This document shows, piece by piece, positions 37,401 to 45,634 of a stretch of DNA of 64,000 bases. Below the pieces are notes generated by a model that did not search any database, was not told the origin of the DNA, and worked only from the letters and a program-made list of their open reading frames with translations. The position numbers were made by a program, and so were the translations under genes. The DNA is taken from positions 1 to 64,000 of the IMG/VR virus record IMGVR_UViG_3300032288_003086; one strand, given 5' to 3'. This stretch comes from a virus. Each line of letters opens with the position of its first letter. Position 1 is the first letter of the stretch.

Positions 37401-39246
37401 TCCAAGGTACTGGGGTAACTTTACTAGGTTTGATAGATCTAGTATAAAGTCACCTTTTGGATTTGGTGCTATAAAAGGATGGGAGTCTGATGATGATCCT
37501 TTATTGGGTTGGATTCTTGCTGCTAGTGCTTATCATCACTTAGACAGATCCAACGCTACTAACACATTCCTTGTTACCAAAGCATGGTTCTATCTGTTTT
37601 ATAATGGAGTAAGAGATTTCTTTATAGAGTCCGAGGTAAATCTGGCATATAGGGATTATGGTGATTTGACCAGTCAGCGCCACTATGATTATAAGAGTTA
37701 CACGGATATTCCCAGGATGTTCAGGACTGATATTATCCAGTCTGGGAACTATTACAAGTATGACTACTCCCTTTCAGTAAGTAAGCTTTTGAGTCAATAC
37801 AAGACTTTCTCAGCAATACTTCCTAGGTCTTATGATCCAGATGTGGCGGAAAGCTGTTATACATATGTATCAGGAAAAGTGCTTTATAGTCTTCAGCAGC
37901 AGTCTGAACAAGCTAGAGAATCCTGGAGAATATACCTTCCTAATAACTATAAGGACTTTGAGAATGATGTCACTGCTTTCAAACCTATCAATAGGACGGG
38001 TGCATTAATCCTATTCCAAGATGCTGAACCCACTAGTTTTACAGGTGTAGATCAACTTCAGACAGCAGCAGGTACTAAGATTACTATTGGTGATGGTGGT
38101 TTGTTTGCACAGCCTTTCCAATCTCTTGTAAATGCTGATGATGAGTATGAGTATGGCTCATGCCAGGATACAAGATCCGTGGTCAATACTCCATATGGTA
38201 CATTCTGGATGAGTCGTAACACAGGTAAGATCCTAAATTATACAGGTTCTGGTATTGTGGACATTGCCATGAATGGGATGCGTTACTGGTTTGCAGAACA
38301 TCTACCCAATGTCTTGACTACCCAGTATCCTGAGTTTCCATTTACAGAGAATACAGTGGTGGGCATAGGTTGTCAAGCTGTTTATGATACCCAGTATGAT
38401 ATCCTTTACTTTTCAAAAAGGGACTTTAAGTCCAACACTGAGTCTGTCAAGTATGATGTAGCTGGCAAGTATTGGTATGTTGAAAGGCAGGCTGGTAATG
38501 AGGTCATTGAGCTTGGTGACCCTAATTACTTTGAAGATTGCTCATGGACAATTAGTTATGATCCAAAGACCAAGATGTGGTTGAGTTTCCATGATTGGCA
38601 CCCTAATCATTCCTTTGGTGTAAATGACCACTTCTATACCATCAAGGATAAAGGTTTCTGGAAACACAATGATGTGTGCAACAGCTTCTGTAATTACTAC
38701 GGGGTGGAGTATCCTTTTGAGGTGGAGGTACCTATCAATACCATAGCGGCGATTACTACCATCAAAAGCGTGGAATATTACCTAGAGGTATTGAACTATT
38801 CCCAAGATTGTATTGATCCATATCATGTGCTAGATGCCAACTTTGACTATGCCATGATCTACAATACAGAGCAGAACTCAGGTCTTCTAAAGCTGAATCT
38901 CAAGCCTAGGAACCCTAACTATATGCTAAGCTATCCAATAGTCTTGTCAGACAGGATAGAGATCATGTTCTCCAAAGAAGAGAATAAGTATCGCTTCAAT
39001 CAGTTTTGGGATGCTACCAGGGATAGGGGCGAGTTCTCAGGAATCCAATACAGGATGTTCAATACTGAGCAGAATGGATATCGTAAAGTATTAAATCCTA
39101 CATTTATAGATTATAATAAATCACCTTTGCAGCGTAAAAAGTTCAGGCATTATGGCAACAGGTTGATTCTGGGTAGGGCAGTCTCCCAGAACCTGAAGTA
39201 TAACCTGAAGATTTCAAGTGTGAAGGAAACTTCTAGTCCACGATGA
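34420..39246 (+). CDS. Tail muzzle/stabilization protein (P22 gp10-like)
   Basis: 1608 aa with 'IGNEPSN', 'YMRDEQYAF', 'SYHIPGR', 'PIRHHKFPD', 'FGGDIYI', 'WTISYDP...WLSFHDW'. Position matches. Confidence 0.8.
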   Translation: MAKSTSSSSGTTDLNSAKSATYVKGLIKDYNDSYVPEGVWINAINAVTNSHKGDAGTIGNEPSNRFCVEAPYTIIGLVRRDSNTWVVFSTNNVISEIGYFTESTCEYIKIITDQCLGFKKEYLITGVIQYNFDCTWSVFFADGLNPDRTINLDNPPYQYTWDRTNPNCPIKVFNDCLDCEQTRLNYLMTPPCINVKKAVGAGSLFNGSYQAVIAYSINGQRVSNYFSPSNVLGIWDHTGVAGGLEISIEDLDTRFEEYELVVVSNINSQNFARKIGNYSTSQSVVYLDIYSESLPSIPLSIIPLVVPVYEKSDKMFAVNNYLLRSGIYSKYEFNYQPLANNIAAHWQEVEYPSDYYYNGGANTSYMRDEQYAFFIRWLYNDGDKSASYHIPGRVADPSDLTTVNNLDVLYPDDNKYWQVYNTASVTNPVVNTILPDGGIVTKEGLMGYWESTEKYPINRPQVWGDLCGLPIRHHKFPDNCVSHIHNQGGDKMYILGVKFSNIQHPLDNNGNPILNIIGYEILRGSREGNRTVIAKGMLNNMREYTSIGDQKVLYQNYPYNDLNPDYFLRTSLANDQGESPDDSGSPLSVYKTDYYSFHSPETNFAKPFLSFNEVRLYSKEYGTSNGSFEYPFGHPKHKLITNASYILALTLGLSIGLKAAFGQRNVKATADSATALPAALSTISSYGFFGVNGSMAAALSSYVGSAPISISSGNYGQFVGGTSTGSGGGNWGGVEFPTLTETGGDLSNLDFRTFFPGYTTKVGQFAFEALKYLAFLSTIKYWSGLGLDAALNVIYELIPFRQYALQYNSHAFYANYKTICPSNSAGDMRRAHQDSVYIRDQIQSFDATYNVNNLYRNNYVLVKIKGNFPNVSATDSSIKDNSRKRVRDTSLSFTNPTNTNITSTTSAYYGGLKVDLENQYGQLEGIVQVPIGMCYEVTSGKLENKRYESTTLFGGDIYINRYTEKNPFFFFVNWLYDVPNGTEFDYSQYSNILYPRYWGNFTRFDRSSIKSPFGFGAIKGWESDDDPLLGWILAASAYHHLDRSNATNTFLVTKAWFYLFYNGVRDFFIESEVNLAYRDYGDLTSQRHYDYKSYTDIPRMFRTDIIQSGNYYKYDYSLSVSKLLSQYKTFSAILPRSYDPDVAESCYTYVSGKVLYSLQQQSEQARESWRIYLPNNYKDFENDVTAFKPINRTGALILFQDAEPTSFTGVDQLQTAAGTKITIGDGGLFAQPFQSLVNADDEYEYGSCQDTRSVVNTPYGTFWMSRNTGKILNYTGSGIVDIAMNGMRYWFAEHLPNVLTTQYPEFPFTENTVVGIGCQAVYDTQYDILYFSKRDFKSNTESVKYDVAGKYWYVERQAGNEVIELGDPNYFEDCSWTISYDPKTKMWLSFHDWHPNHSFGVNDHFYTIKDKGFWKHNDVCNSFCNYYGVEYPFEVEVPINTIAAITTIKSVEYYLEVLNYSQDCIDPYHVLDANFDYAMIYNTEQNSGLLKLNLKPRNPNYMLSYPIVLSDRIEIMFSKEENKYRFNQFWDATRDRGEFSGIQYRMFNTEQNGYRKVLNPTFIDYNKSPLQRKKFRHYGNRLILGRAVSQNLKYNLKISSVKETSSPR

Positions 39247-42200
39247 AAACCGATAAGTTACTGCATGTGCTCACTAAGAATGCCCCTAATAGGTCAGGCA
39301 GAGCACTTCCTTTGGATAAATATCAGGATAAGTCCCAGGTTAAAAATTGGGAAAGAAATTTAATGAATGAAAGTCCAAGAAGAGCTGCTGACAAAGCAAA
39401 AGAGCTTGGTGTTGATGTTGGTGGGTATAACAATCTTGGAGATGCATACAGGCATGCTCTTACAAGTTATTATACTACGGATCAATATGGTCCTGTCCTT
39501 GCAAATCTCATGGGTATAGGTCATGAGGGATTGGGCATATATGATTATTTCACTAAGAACAAAAACAAAAGTTTAGGTACATTTTTAAAATTGCTAAAAG
39601 AATCAGGTAGTGACATCTACAATAATGCAGTAGGTTCTTTTGCTTCTGCTACAGAACCTCTTGCTGCGTTGGCAAATCCTGGTAATCCAAACATTAATAC
39701 AGAACATCTGAAAAATGTTTTAAGCAATGTTCATGTTCTTAATAAAGGTGAGACCTACCCTGCATCTGAACAAGTAAGGGATATGTTTCCAATGGACTTA
39801 CAAAGAACAAGACATCCTCAAGAGATTAAACGCTTTCAAGGTACTATTAAACGCTTTCAAGGTACTGAACAAAGTCAGACAGGAACTTCTTTGAAGAAAT
39901 CTGTTCCAAAAGATTTGGAGGAAAGATATAGTACTGTTCAATCTAGAATACAGGGGATAATTGATAATCCTCCTCAGACTAAGAATCCAGGCATGGCTCC
40001 TGAGGATGTAATGAAGTATATCAAGGATCGTTCTATAAGTACATTGATGGAGGAAAATCCTTCTTTGGGTACTGCATGTAAAGGTCCTTATTGTACTACT
40101 GCGGCCAGTACAGCATTTAGATTGACTTATCCTAATGCAGCTCCTCTTCCTACTACAGGTGGAAATACTTTTAGGGATCAGATATTGAATAATCCTGCAT
40201 TTGGGGTTACCTCAAATGATATTTATTCCAACCTGCATCCAGGATCATATCTTCAACAACAAACGCTTGAAGAGTATTATGAAGATGAAGAAGGAAATAC
40301 CAAGCAAAGATCCAAGCCTTCTTATCAGTCTCTTCATAACATGTATGTATATGATGTTGAAAAACTCTCCAATGGTAGAAAAAGAATACATACTGTGCAA
40401 AACACAGGGAATATGTATAATCCAGAATCAACGCAGATTACAAAGGAATATGATGTAGACAAGGAAGGTAATGTTTATAACAAGGATTCAGACTATATTG
40501 TAATTGAATCGGCTAGTGAGAATGCTAAAGACAGGCCTCTATTGGTATACTACAAGGATAATGACATATGGAGTAATCCTGAAATGAACAGCCTTTTGAA
40601 AGAAAGGGAAGGGGTCAAAAAACAAATTTTGGACATTGACTCTGATTATTTCACTCCTGAGAAACCTACCAGGTATGATGTTGATTACCAACCTGGTCAA
40701 TTTCTTCTTCCTGAAAGCTTCTCATCTGAACAAGGTAAGATGGTTTCTAACAAGGACGATAAGGAGTTTATTGATTTACGTGAAAGCAAAATTCCTGAAA
40801 TTGTAGATCAGGTCAATAATCCTGAGTACAAGAAGATGATCATGCGGGATTATAACATCAGTGACGCTGAGTATAACGCAATGGTTAAGACCATGATTGG
40901 TCAGTACATGATGGAATCCCAAGGAGGCACTGATTGGCAAAGTGGATTCAGGATTCCTGAAAATAAAGGTTTGGCTAAACTGTCCACTGCATTAGGTGCC
41001 GATCTTTCAAAAAAGAGTGTAGGTCCTTTCCAAATAAACTACAGTCAGCTTGGAGAAAAGACAAAAGAGATAATTCCAAAGCGAGGAGTCAGCAATAAGA
41101 GTAGGCAGGAGTTCATTGATTTCATGTATGATCCTGTAAAGTCATCAGATGTGGCAATGCGATATCTTGCTGAAAACATGAGGATGGTCAGGAATCTGGC
41201 AAATCAGGAAGGTGAAAGACAGAACATGACTCCTGCTAACTATGTTGACTATTTACCTTATGTAATGAACCAACAAGGTTGGCTTCGTAGAACAGATGAG
41301 GAAAGTCAATCAAAAAAAGGTTCTATCTTAGGAGAAGGCACTAATGCATATGTTCAAGGTGTAAGGGATTATGGGAATAAGATGTTGGAGTATATTCCAA
41401 TGTCGAGTGATACCATGATCACAAATCCACCTACTATTCGTCGCGATGGTGGACCTTTACCCAAGGCACAGACTGGTAGATCTGCAATGACTGATTCTAT
41501 CAATGAGAACTATATACCTTCTGTCAAAGAAAAGAAGAAAGATCAACAGTCTTTATGGGATAAATTAACTGATCCAAACATGAAAACCCCTATGTTGGAT
41601 CTTTTTATGAAAGGAGCTTTTTTTCTTCCTGTGTTTAATACGCCTGAGCTTCAAAATCCTAATGCTATTCAATATAATAAAACAGGCGGATCAAAGCTAC
41701 CATCCCATCTACCAGAAGCTTACAGGGATGGCGGTCCTTTACCCAAAGCTCAGTCTGGACTTTACTATAAAGACAAGACTGGAACGCTTAGGTTTAAGCA
41801 TAATAATCAACCTGTAGCTACAGGAAAAGCTGAGTCAACAGCTAGTCCAATAGAAGCAGCATTGGCAGTAGCAACTGGAGCACCTTTGATTCCAACAGCT
41901 TTGAGTTTTGGATCAAAGACTGTTGGCAAATCAGGAGCCCATCCTTTAGATCAAAGTTGGATGGGAATACCTATTCCTGTTGCACTAGGGACCTTTGCTA
42001 ATACTTTGCGAGAAACTTATGAAGATGTTTCAAAAGGTATTCAGGATTACAACGCTACTAACCAGAGAAAAGAGGGAGGATCATTACCCAAAGCTCAGGC
42101 TGGGCTTAATACACAAGGTGTCCAAAGACTTGTTCAAGAGGCACATGCTACTGCTGAGCAGAACAAAAGATTACAACAGGACCAACAAAACACTTGGGCT

Positions 42201-42743
42201 AAACGAGATGAGACTTCTGTAAATCCACAAAAGGTAAAAGGTAATACTCCATATGTTGTATCAGGCACGGAAGGCGTTTTAGATGCAGCAGATGTTGTTT
42301 CTGATCTCATGCAATATGGATATTTTGTACCTCATCCTATAGGTCAAAGTGTTGGACTTCTAGGTAGTGGTCTGGGATCAGTTATAGATTCATATCAAGC
42401 TGGTCAGCAATATGCTCTTGGTAATTATGATGCAATGGCTGCTAACTTGGCATCCGCAAGTTTATCTGGATTGCTGGCTTCCAAAGGTTATACAAGGGAT
42501 ATGTATAATACAGTTCCAGGTTCAATGGCTGATAGGATTGCAAGTCTTGGGTCTAGGTCAGGTACCTATAGACCATTGACAGCTTATCCTCATCTTCGAA
42601 ATAATCCTGTAATACGTCGTGGATTGAATTATAATCGAGGCGCTTTAGGAACATTGGGTGCTGAAACCATTTATGATCTTCCTGAACAAAAGCTAGGTGG
42701 ACCTACTAAAACATTGAAAGTCAGAATAAAAAAATCAAAATAA
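39243..42743 (+). CDS. Modular cargo protein 1 (toxin-like, peptidase-like, lytic-transglycosylase-like and hydrophobic modules)
   Basis: 1166 aa. Modules are separated by xxGG..LPKAQ linkers. Motifs DAYRH..GHE..DIYNNAVG, YC...H and MES...GPFQIN. Confidence 0.6.
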   Translation: MKTDKLLHVLTKNAPNRSGRALPLDKYQDKSQVKNWERNLMNESPRRAADKAKELGVDVGGYNNLGDAYRHALTSYYTTDQYGPVLANLMGIGHEGLGIYDYFTKNKNKSLGTFLKLLKESGSDIYNNAVGSFASATEPLAALANPGNPNINTEHLKNVLSNVHVLNKGETYPASEQVRDMFPMDLQRTRHPQEIKRFQGTIKRFQGTEQSQTGTSLKKSVPKDLEERYSTVQSRIQGIIDNPPQTKNPGMAPEDVMKYIKDRSISTLMEENPSLGTACKGPYCTTAASTAFRLTYPNAAPLPTTGGNTFRDQILNNPAFGVTSNDIYSNLHPGSYLQQQTLEEYYEDEEGNTKQRSKPSYQSLHNMYVYDVEKLSNGRKRIHTVQNTGNMYNPESTQITKEYDVDKEGNVYNKDSDYIVIESASENAKDRPLLVYYKDNDIWSNPEMNSLLKEREGVKKQILDIDSDYFTPEKPTRYDVDYQPGQFLLPESFSSEQGKMVSNKDDKEFIDLRESKIPEIVDQVNNPEYKKMIMRDYNISDAEYNAMVKTMIGQYMMESQGGTDWQSGFRIPENKGLAKLSTALGADLSKKSVGPFQINYSQLGEKTKEIIPKRGVSNKSRQEFIDFMYDPVKSSDVAMRYLAENMRMVRNLANQEGERQNMTPANYVDYLPYVMNQQGWLRRTDEESQSKKGSILGEGTNAYVQGVRDYGNKMLEYIPMSSDTMITNPPTIRRDGGPLPKAQTGRSAMTDSINENYIPSVKEKKKDQQSLWDKLTDPNMKTPMLDLFMKGAFFLPVFNTPELQNPNAIQYNKTGGSKLPSHLPEAYRDGGPLPKAQSGLYYKDKTGTLRFKHNNQPVATGKAESTASPIEAALAVATGAPLIPTALSFGSKTVGKSGAHPLDQSWMGIPIPVALGTFANTLRETYEDVSKGIQDYNATNQRKEGGSLPKAQAGLNTQGVQRLVQEAHATAEQNKRLQQDQQNTWAKRDETSVNPQKVKGNTPYVVSGTEGVLDAADVVSDLMQYGYFVPHPIGQSVGLLGSGLGSVIDSYQAGQQYALGNYDAMAANLASASLSGLLASKGYTRDMYNTVPGSMADRIASLGSRSGTYRPLTAYPHLRNNPVIRRGLNYNRGALGTLGAETIYDLPEQKLGGPTKTLKVRIKKSK
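39825..39866 (+). repeat. Perfect 21-bp tandem duplication (IKRFQGT x2)
   Basis: ATTAAACGCTTTCAAGGTACT occurs twice, in frame. Confidence 0.95.
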
Positions 42744-42744
42744 G

Positions 42745-45567
42745 ATGGCACAGAAGAAAATGAAGGATATCTTTACACATGAGATGGGTCAGATCCTATT
42801 TCCAGGTCAACCCACAGTAATTGAGTCTAAGAAGATATCTCCAGGCACAGATATAACTATGAAGAACACAAGACCCCAAATAGCCCTGACACCATATGGT
42901 GCTACACAGATGAGTCCTAACCAGAACTATTCCTTTGCTGGAAACACAGTAGTGGAGTTGCCTATGGCTCAAATGGGTGCACAAGCTGGTGGAGATGATC
43001 AACAGGCTCAGATCATGCAGATCATACAGATGTATGCCCAGATAAAGGGTGTAGATCCTAATCAATTGATCCAGGAGATCCAAGCTCTTCCTCAAGAAGA
43101 ACAGCAGAAGTCTTTTGAGCTTATGGCATCTGAGGTTCAGAATGCAATGGCTCAGCAGCAACAAGCTGCCCAGCAAGAGCAGCCTGGTGGTATGCCTATG
43201 GCTGGCAAGGGTGGAATAATGGATGCATATCCACAAGCCCAAAACTTAGAGTGGTTTTATAAAACTGCCAAGAATGGAGGATTGCTCAAAGCTCAAGATG
43301 TAGGAAACATAAATCTTTACAATCGAGTATTGTCAGATCGTAAGAACTTTATGTCTGGTCCTGAGGCAGCATGGAAAGCTGATCCAGCTTTAGTAAATGA
43401 AGATGGTTCTTTGAACATGTGTCTTGATTGCACAAATGTGGATTATAGTAATCAACAAGATGTCATTGACGCATCGAGACTTATCAATGAAGGTGTAAGT
43501 AAGGTACCTGAGTATAGCCTTAATGATCTTCAAACCGCATTGAAGAAATTTGATCTTCCAATGCCTGTTTATAATTCTGCCAAAACCAGAGAAAACATTA
43601 TAAATCAGGATCCTTCTTTAAAGAAGCAGCGTGCGGGTGGAGGATTATCAATACATCAACTCCGCGGGGTTGTTGACTCCATGGTCAAAGATGCTGTTCA
43701 GCGCTATATGACTGGTGGTGAAGCATTCCCTCAAGCCAATAAGTATCCAGAAGAATGGGCTGGTTATTCAGGTACCATGTATGCCCAAGGGGGGGAAGCC
43801 TTCCCACAAGCTCAGACATATCTTCCTTATGACAGGCCAGGTGAAACCAGACCTAATTTTATGTTTGCCCAAGGAGGCTCTAAGGATGAGTTTGGAGGGC
43901 AGCCAGATCTGGATACAATCTATAGGATGATGAGAAGCGGTGGCCTTGCGGTTAACGCCAAAAAAAAAAGGGGGGAGGAGCTAAGTTCTGAGGAATTTCA
44001 GCAATACCTCAGCGGCGGTTCTCTAAAAGAGTTCCAAGGTATCAATCAAAGTACTACAGGTTATAGTGGTTATAACAATGACCCACGATTTGATTATCCT
44101 GATGATACTACAGCAAATGCAACTACAAACGTAGCAGCTGGTAATACTATGACCAATGCTAGTGCTAGTGCACCTGCGGTATTGACAGCAAATGCTTCTA
44201 CTGCACCTGCAGGATATTCTTGGTCTACTGGTGCTACTAGCACAACTGCAGTACCTACTATAAAGACTGCAGACCAAGGTGCTTATAAGGGTGAGCTTAG
44301 TGCAAATAAGATAGTCAACCGTAATGAGACAGTTAGTCCAAAAGGTGGTTATTCAACTACAATACCAGCTCGTCCAGGTATTCCACCAGCAATGTATCTA
44401 AATGCAATAAACACTGCAACAGGTGGTAAGAGTAGTCTATTGGGACTTTTTGGTAATGTAGCTTCTTTGGTGGGAGACTTTGCAAGTTCTAATCAACCAG
44501 GTAGTAAAGAATCAATAGCAAATCCATATGTAGGTCTTTTTGAGCAATTTCAAAATAAAGTTCCATACTCAGTAGAGCCTGCACCTGGAACCATTGGTCC
44601 TCCTCCTACTGCAAAGAAAGGTGGTCGTAAGAAGTCATTACCAAAAGCTCAGTTTCAAATGCCGCAGCTTTCAGGTGTGGATCCTAATATAGCAGCTCAG
44701 ATTGCACAAAACAGGGGGATGACTCAAGTCCAGGGTTCAGGTATGTCATTTAATGAACCTCTTCAACCTATGAATCCTATTACCCAGATCCCTTCTCCTC
44801 AAGTAGATATGCAACCCATTGGAGCATCTGCGATGTCTCAAATGAACTTAGGTCTGCAAATGCCTGGGGAAGGTCCAATTGCGGATGAGATGTCTATACC
44901 TAAAGCATCAGAAGCATACAACCCAGATGGACCAATGAGCATGGCTCCTATGAGAAGTATTGGTAGTATAACTCCTAGCACTCCTGCTCCACAGATGCAG
45001 CCTCAAATGAGTTCACAAGACTTAGGTCCTGCAGGACTTACCAATAGACAGATTCGTCAAGAAGATAGAAGCAACAGACGCGAGCTTAAGCAGGATTGGA
45101 AGGACTTTAAACAGACTGATGAGTACAAGAATGCTAGTAAGCAGCAGAGAAAAGACTTCTGGTCAGACCCCAATGCTCGCTTTGATCATGCCAAAGCTGC
45201 AAGGATGGTGGGTGCAACCCAGGGTATAGCTGACTTCTTTAGAACTGGTAATCAAGAGTATATGGAAGATCAGTTGAAGAAGATGGGTGTGAATACTTCT
45301 GCTACCATGGGTGTAAGTCAAAATAGAGATCGTGGAGACTTTGCAACCAATAGTGGAAAGTTCAGACCTAATGAATATGTAGAAGCTCAGGATTCTGGAC
45401 GAAGCATGACAGACCAGACTTCCTTCTACAATACCTTCAATCAAATGTACAATGCAAAGCTAGGAGGAAGAATCCTGGACTTTCTTGAGGATGGAGGGGT
45501 CTATGACCTGGATGAGGATACCATCAGACTCATCATGGAAGCAGGCGGCTCAGTGGAGTTTATTTGA
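42745..45567 (+). CDS. Modular, largely disordered cargo protein 2
   Basis: 940 aa, Q/M/P/G-rich, with about ten xxGG motifs and PQAQ/PKAQ repeats. Confidence 0.55.
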   Translation: MAQKKMKDIFTHEMGQILFPGQPTVIESKKISPGTDITMKNTRPQIALTPYGATQMSPNQNYSFAGNTVVELPMAQMGAQAGGDDQQAQIMQIIQMYAQIKGVDPNQLIQEIQALPQEEQQKSFELMASEVQNAMAQQQQAAQQEQPGGMPMAGKGGIMDAYPQAQNLEWFYKTAKNGGLLKAQDVGNINLYNRVLSDRKNFMSGPEAAWKADPALVNEDGSLNMCLDCTNVDYSNQQDVIDASRLINEGVSKVPEYSLNDLQTALKKFDLPMPVYNSAKTRENIINQDPSLKKQRAGGGLSIHQLRGVVDSMVKDAVQRYMTGGEAFPQANKYPEEWAGYSGTMYAQGGEAFPQAQTYLPYDRPGETRPNFMFAQGGSKDEFGGQPDLDTIYRMMRSGGLAVNAKKKRGEELSSEEFQQYLSGGSLKEFQGINQSTTGYSGYNNDPRFDYPDDTTANATTNVAAGNTMTNASASAPAVLTANASTAPAGYSWSTGATSTTAVPTIKTADQGAYKGELSANKIVNRNETVSPKGGYSTTIPARPGIPPAMYLNAINTATGGKSSLLGLFGNVASLVGDFASSNQPGSKESIANPYVGLFEQFQNKVPYSVEPAPGTIGPPPTAKKGGRKKSLPKAQFQMPQLSGVDPNIAAQIAQNRGMTQVQGSGMSFNEPLQPMNPITQIPSPQVDMQPIGASAMSQMNLGLQMPGEGPIADEMSIPKASEAYNPDGPMSMAPMRSIGSITPSTPAPQMQPQMSSQDLGPAGLTNRQIRQEDRSNRRELKQDWKDFKQTDEYKNASKQQRKDFWSDPNARFDHAKAARMVGATQGIADFFRTGNQEYMEDQLKKMGVNTSATMGVSQNRDRGDFATNSGKFRPNEYVEAQDSGRSMTDQTSFYNTFNQMYNAKLGGRILDFLEDGGVYDLDEDTIRLIMEAGGSVEFI
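43960..43975 (+). repeat. A10G6 homopolymer tract
   Basis: Read directly. It is the longest A-run I noticed in coding sequence. Confidence 0.9.
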
Positions 45568-45634
45568 TATCTTCACGAAAATTTGTTAAATTTAAGTAGG
45601 TGGTTTTCAATAAGAAAATAAATCTCAAAAGTTT

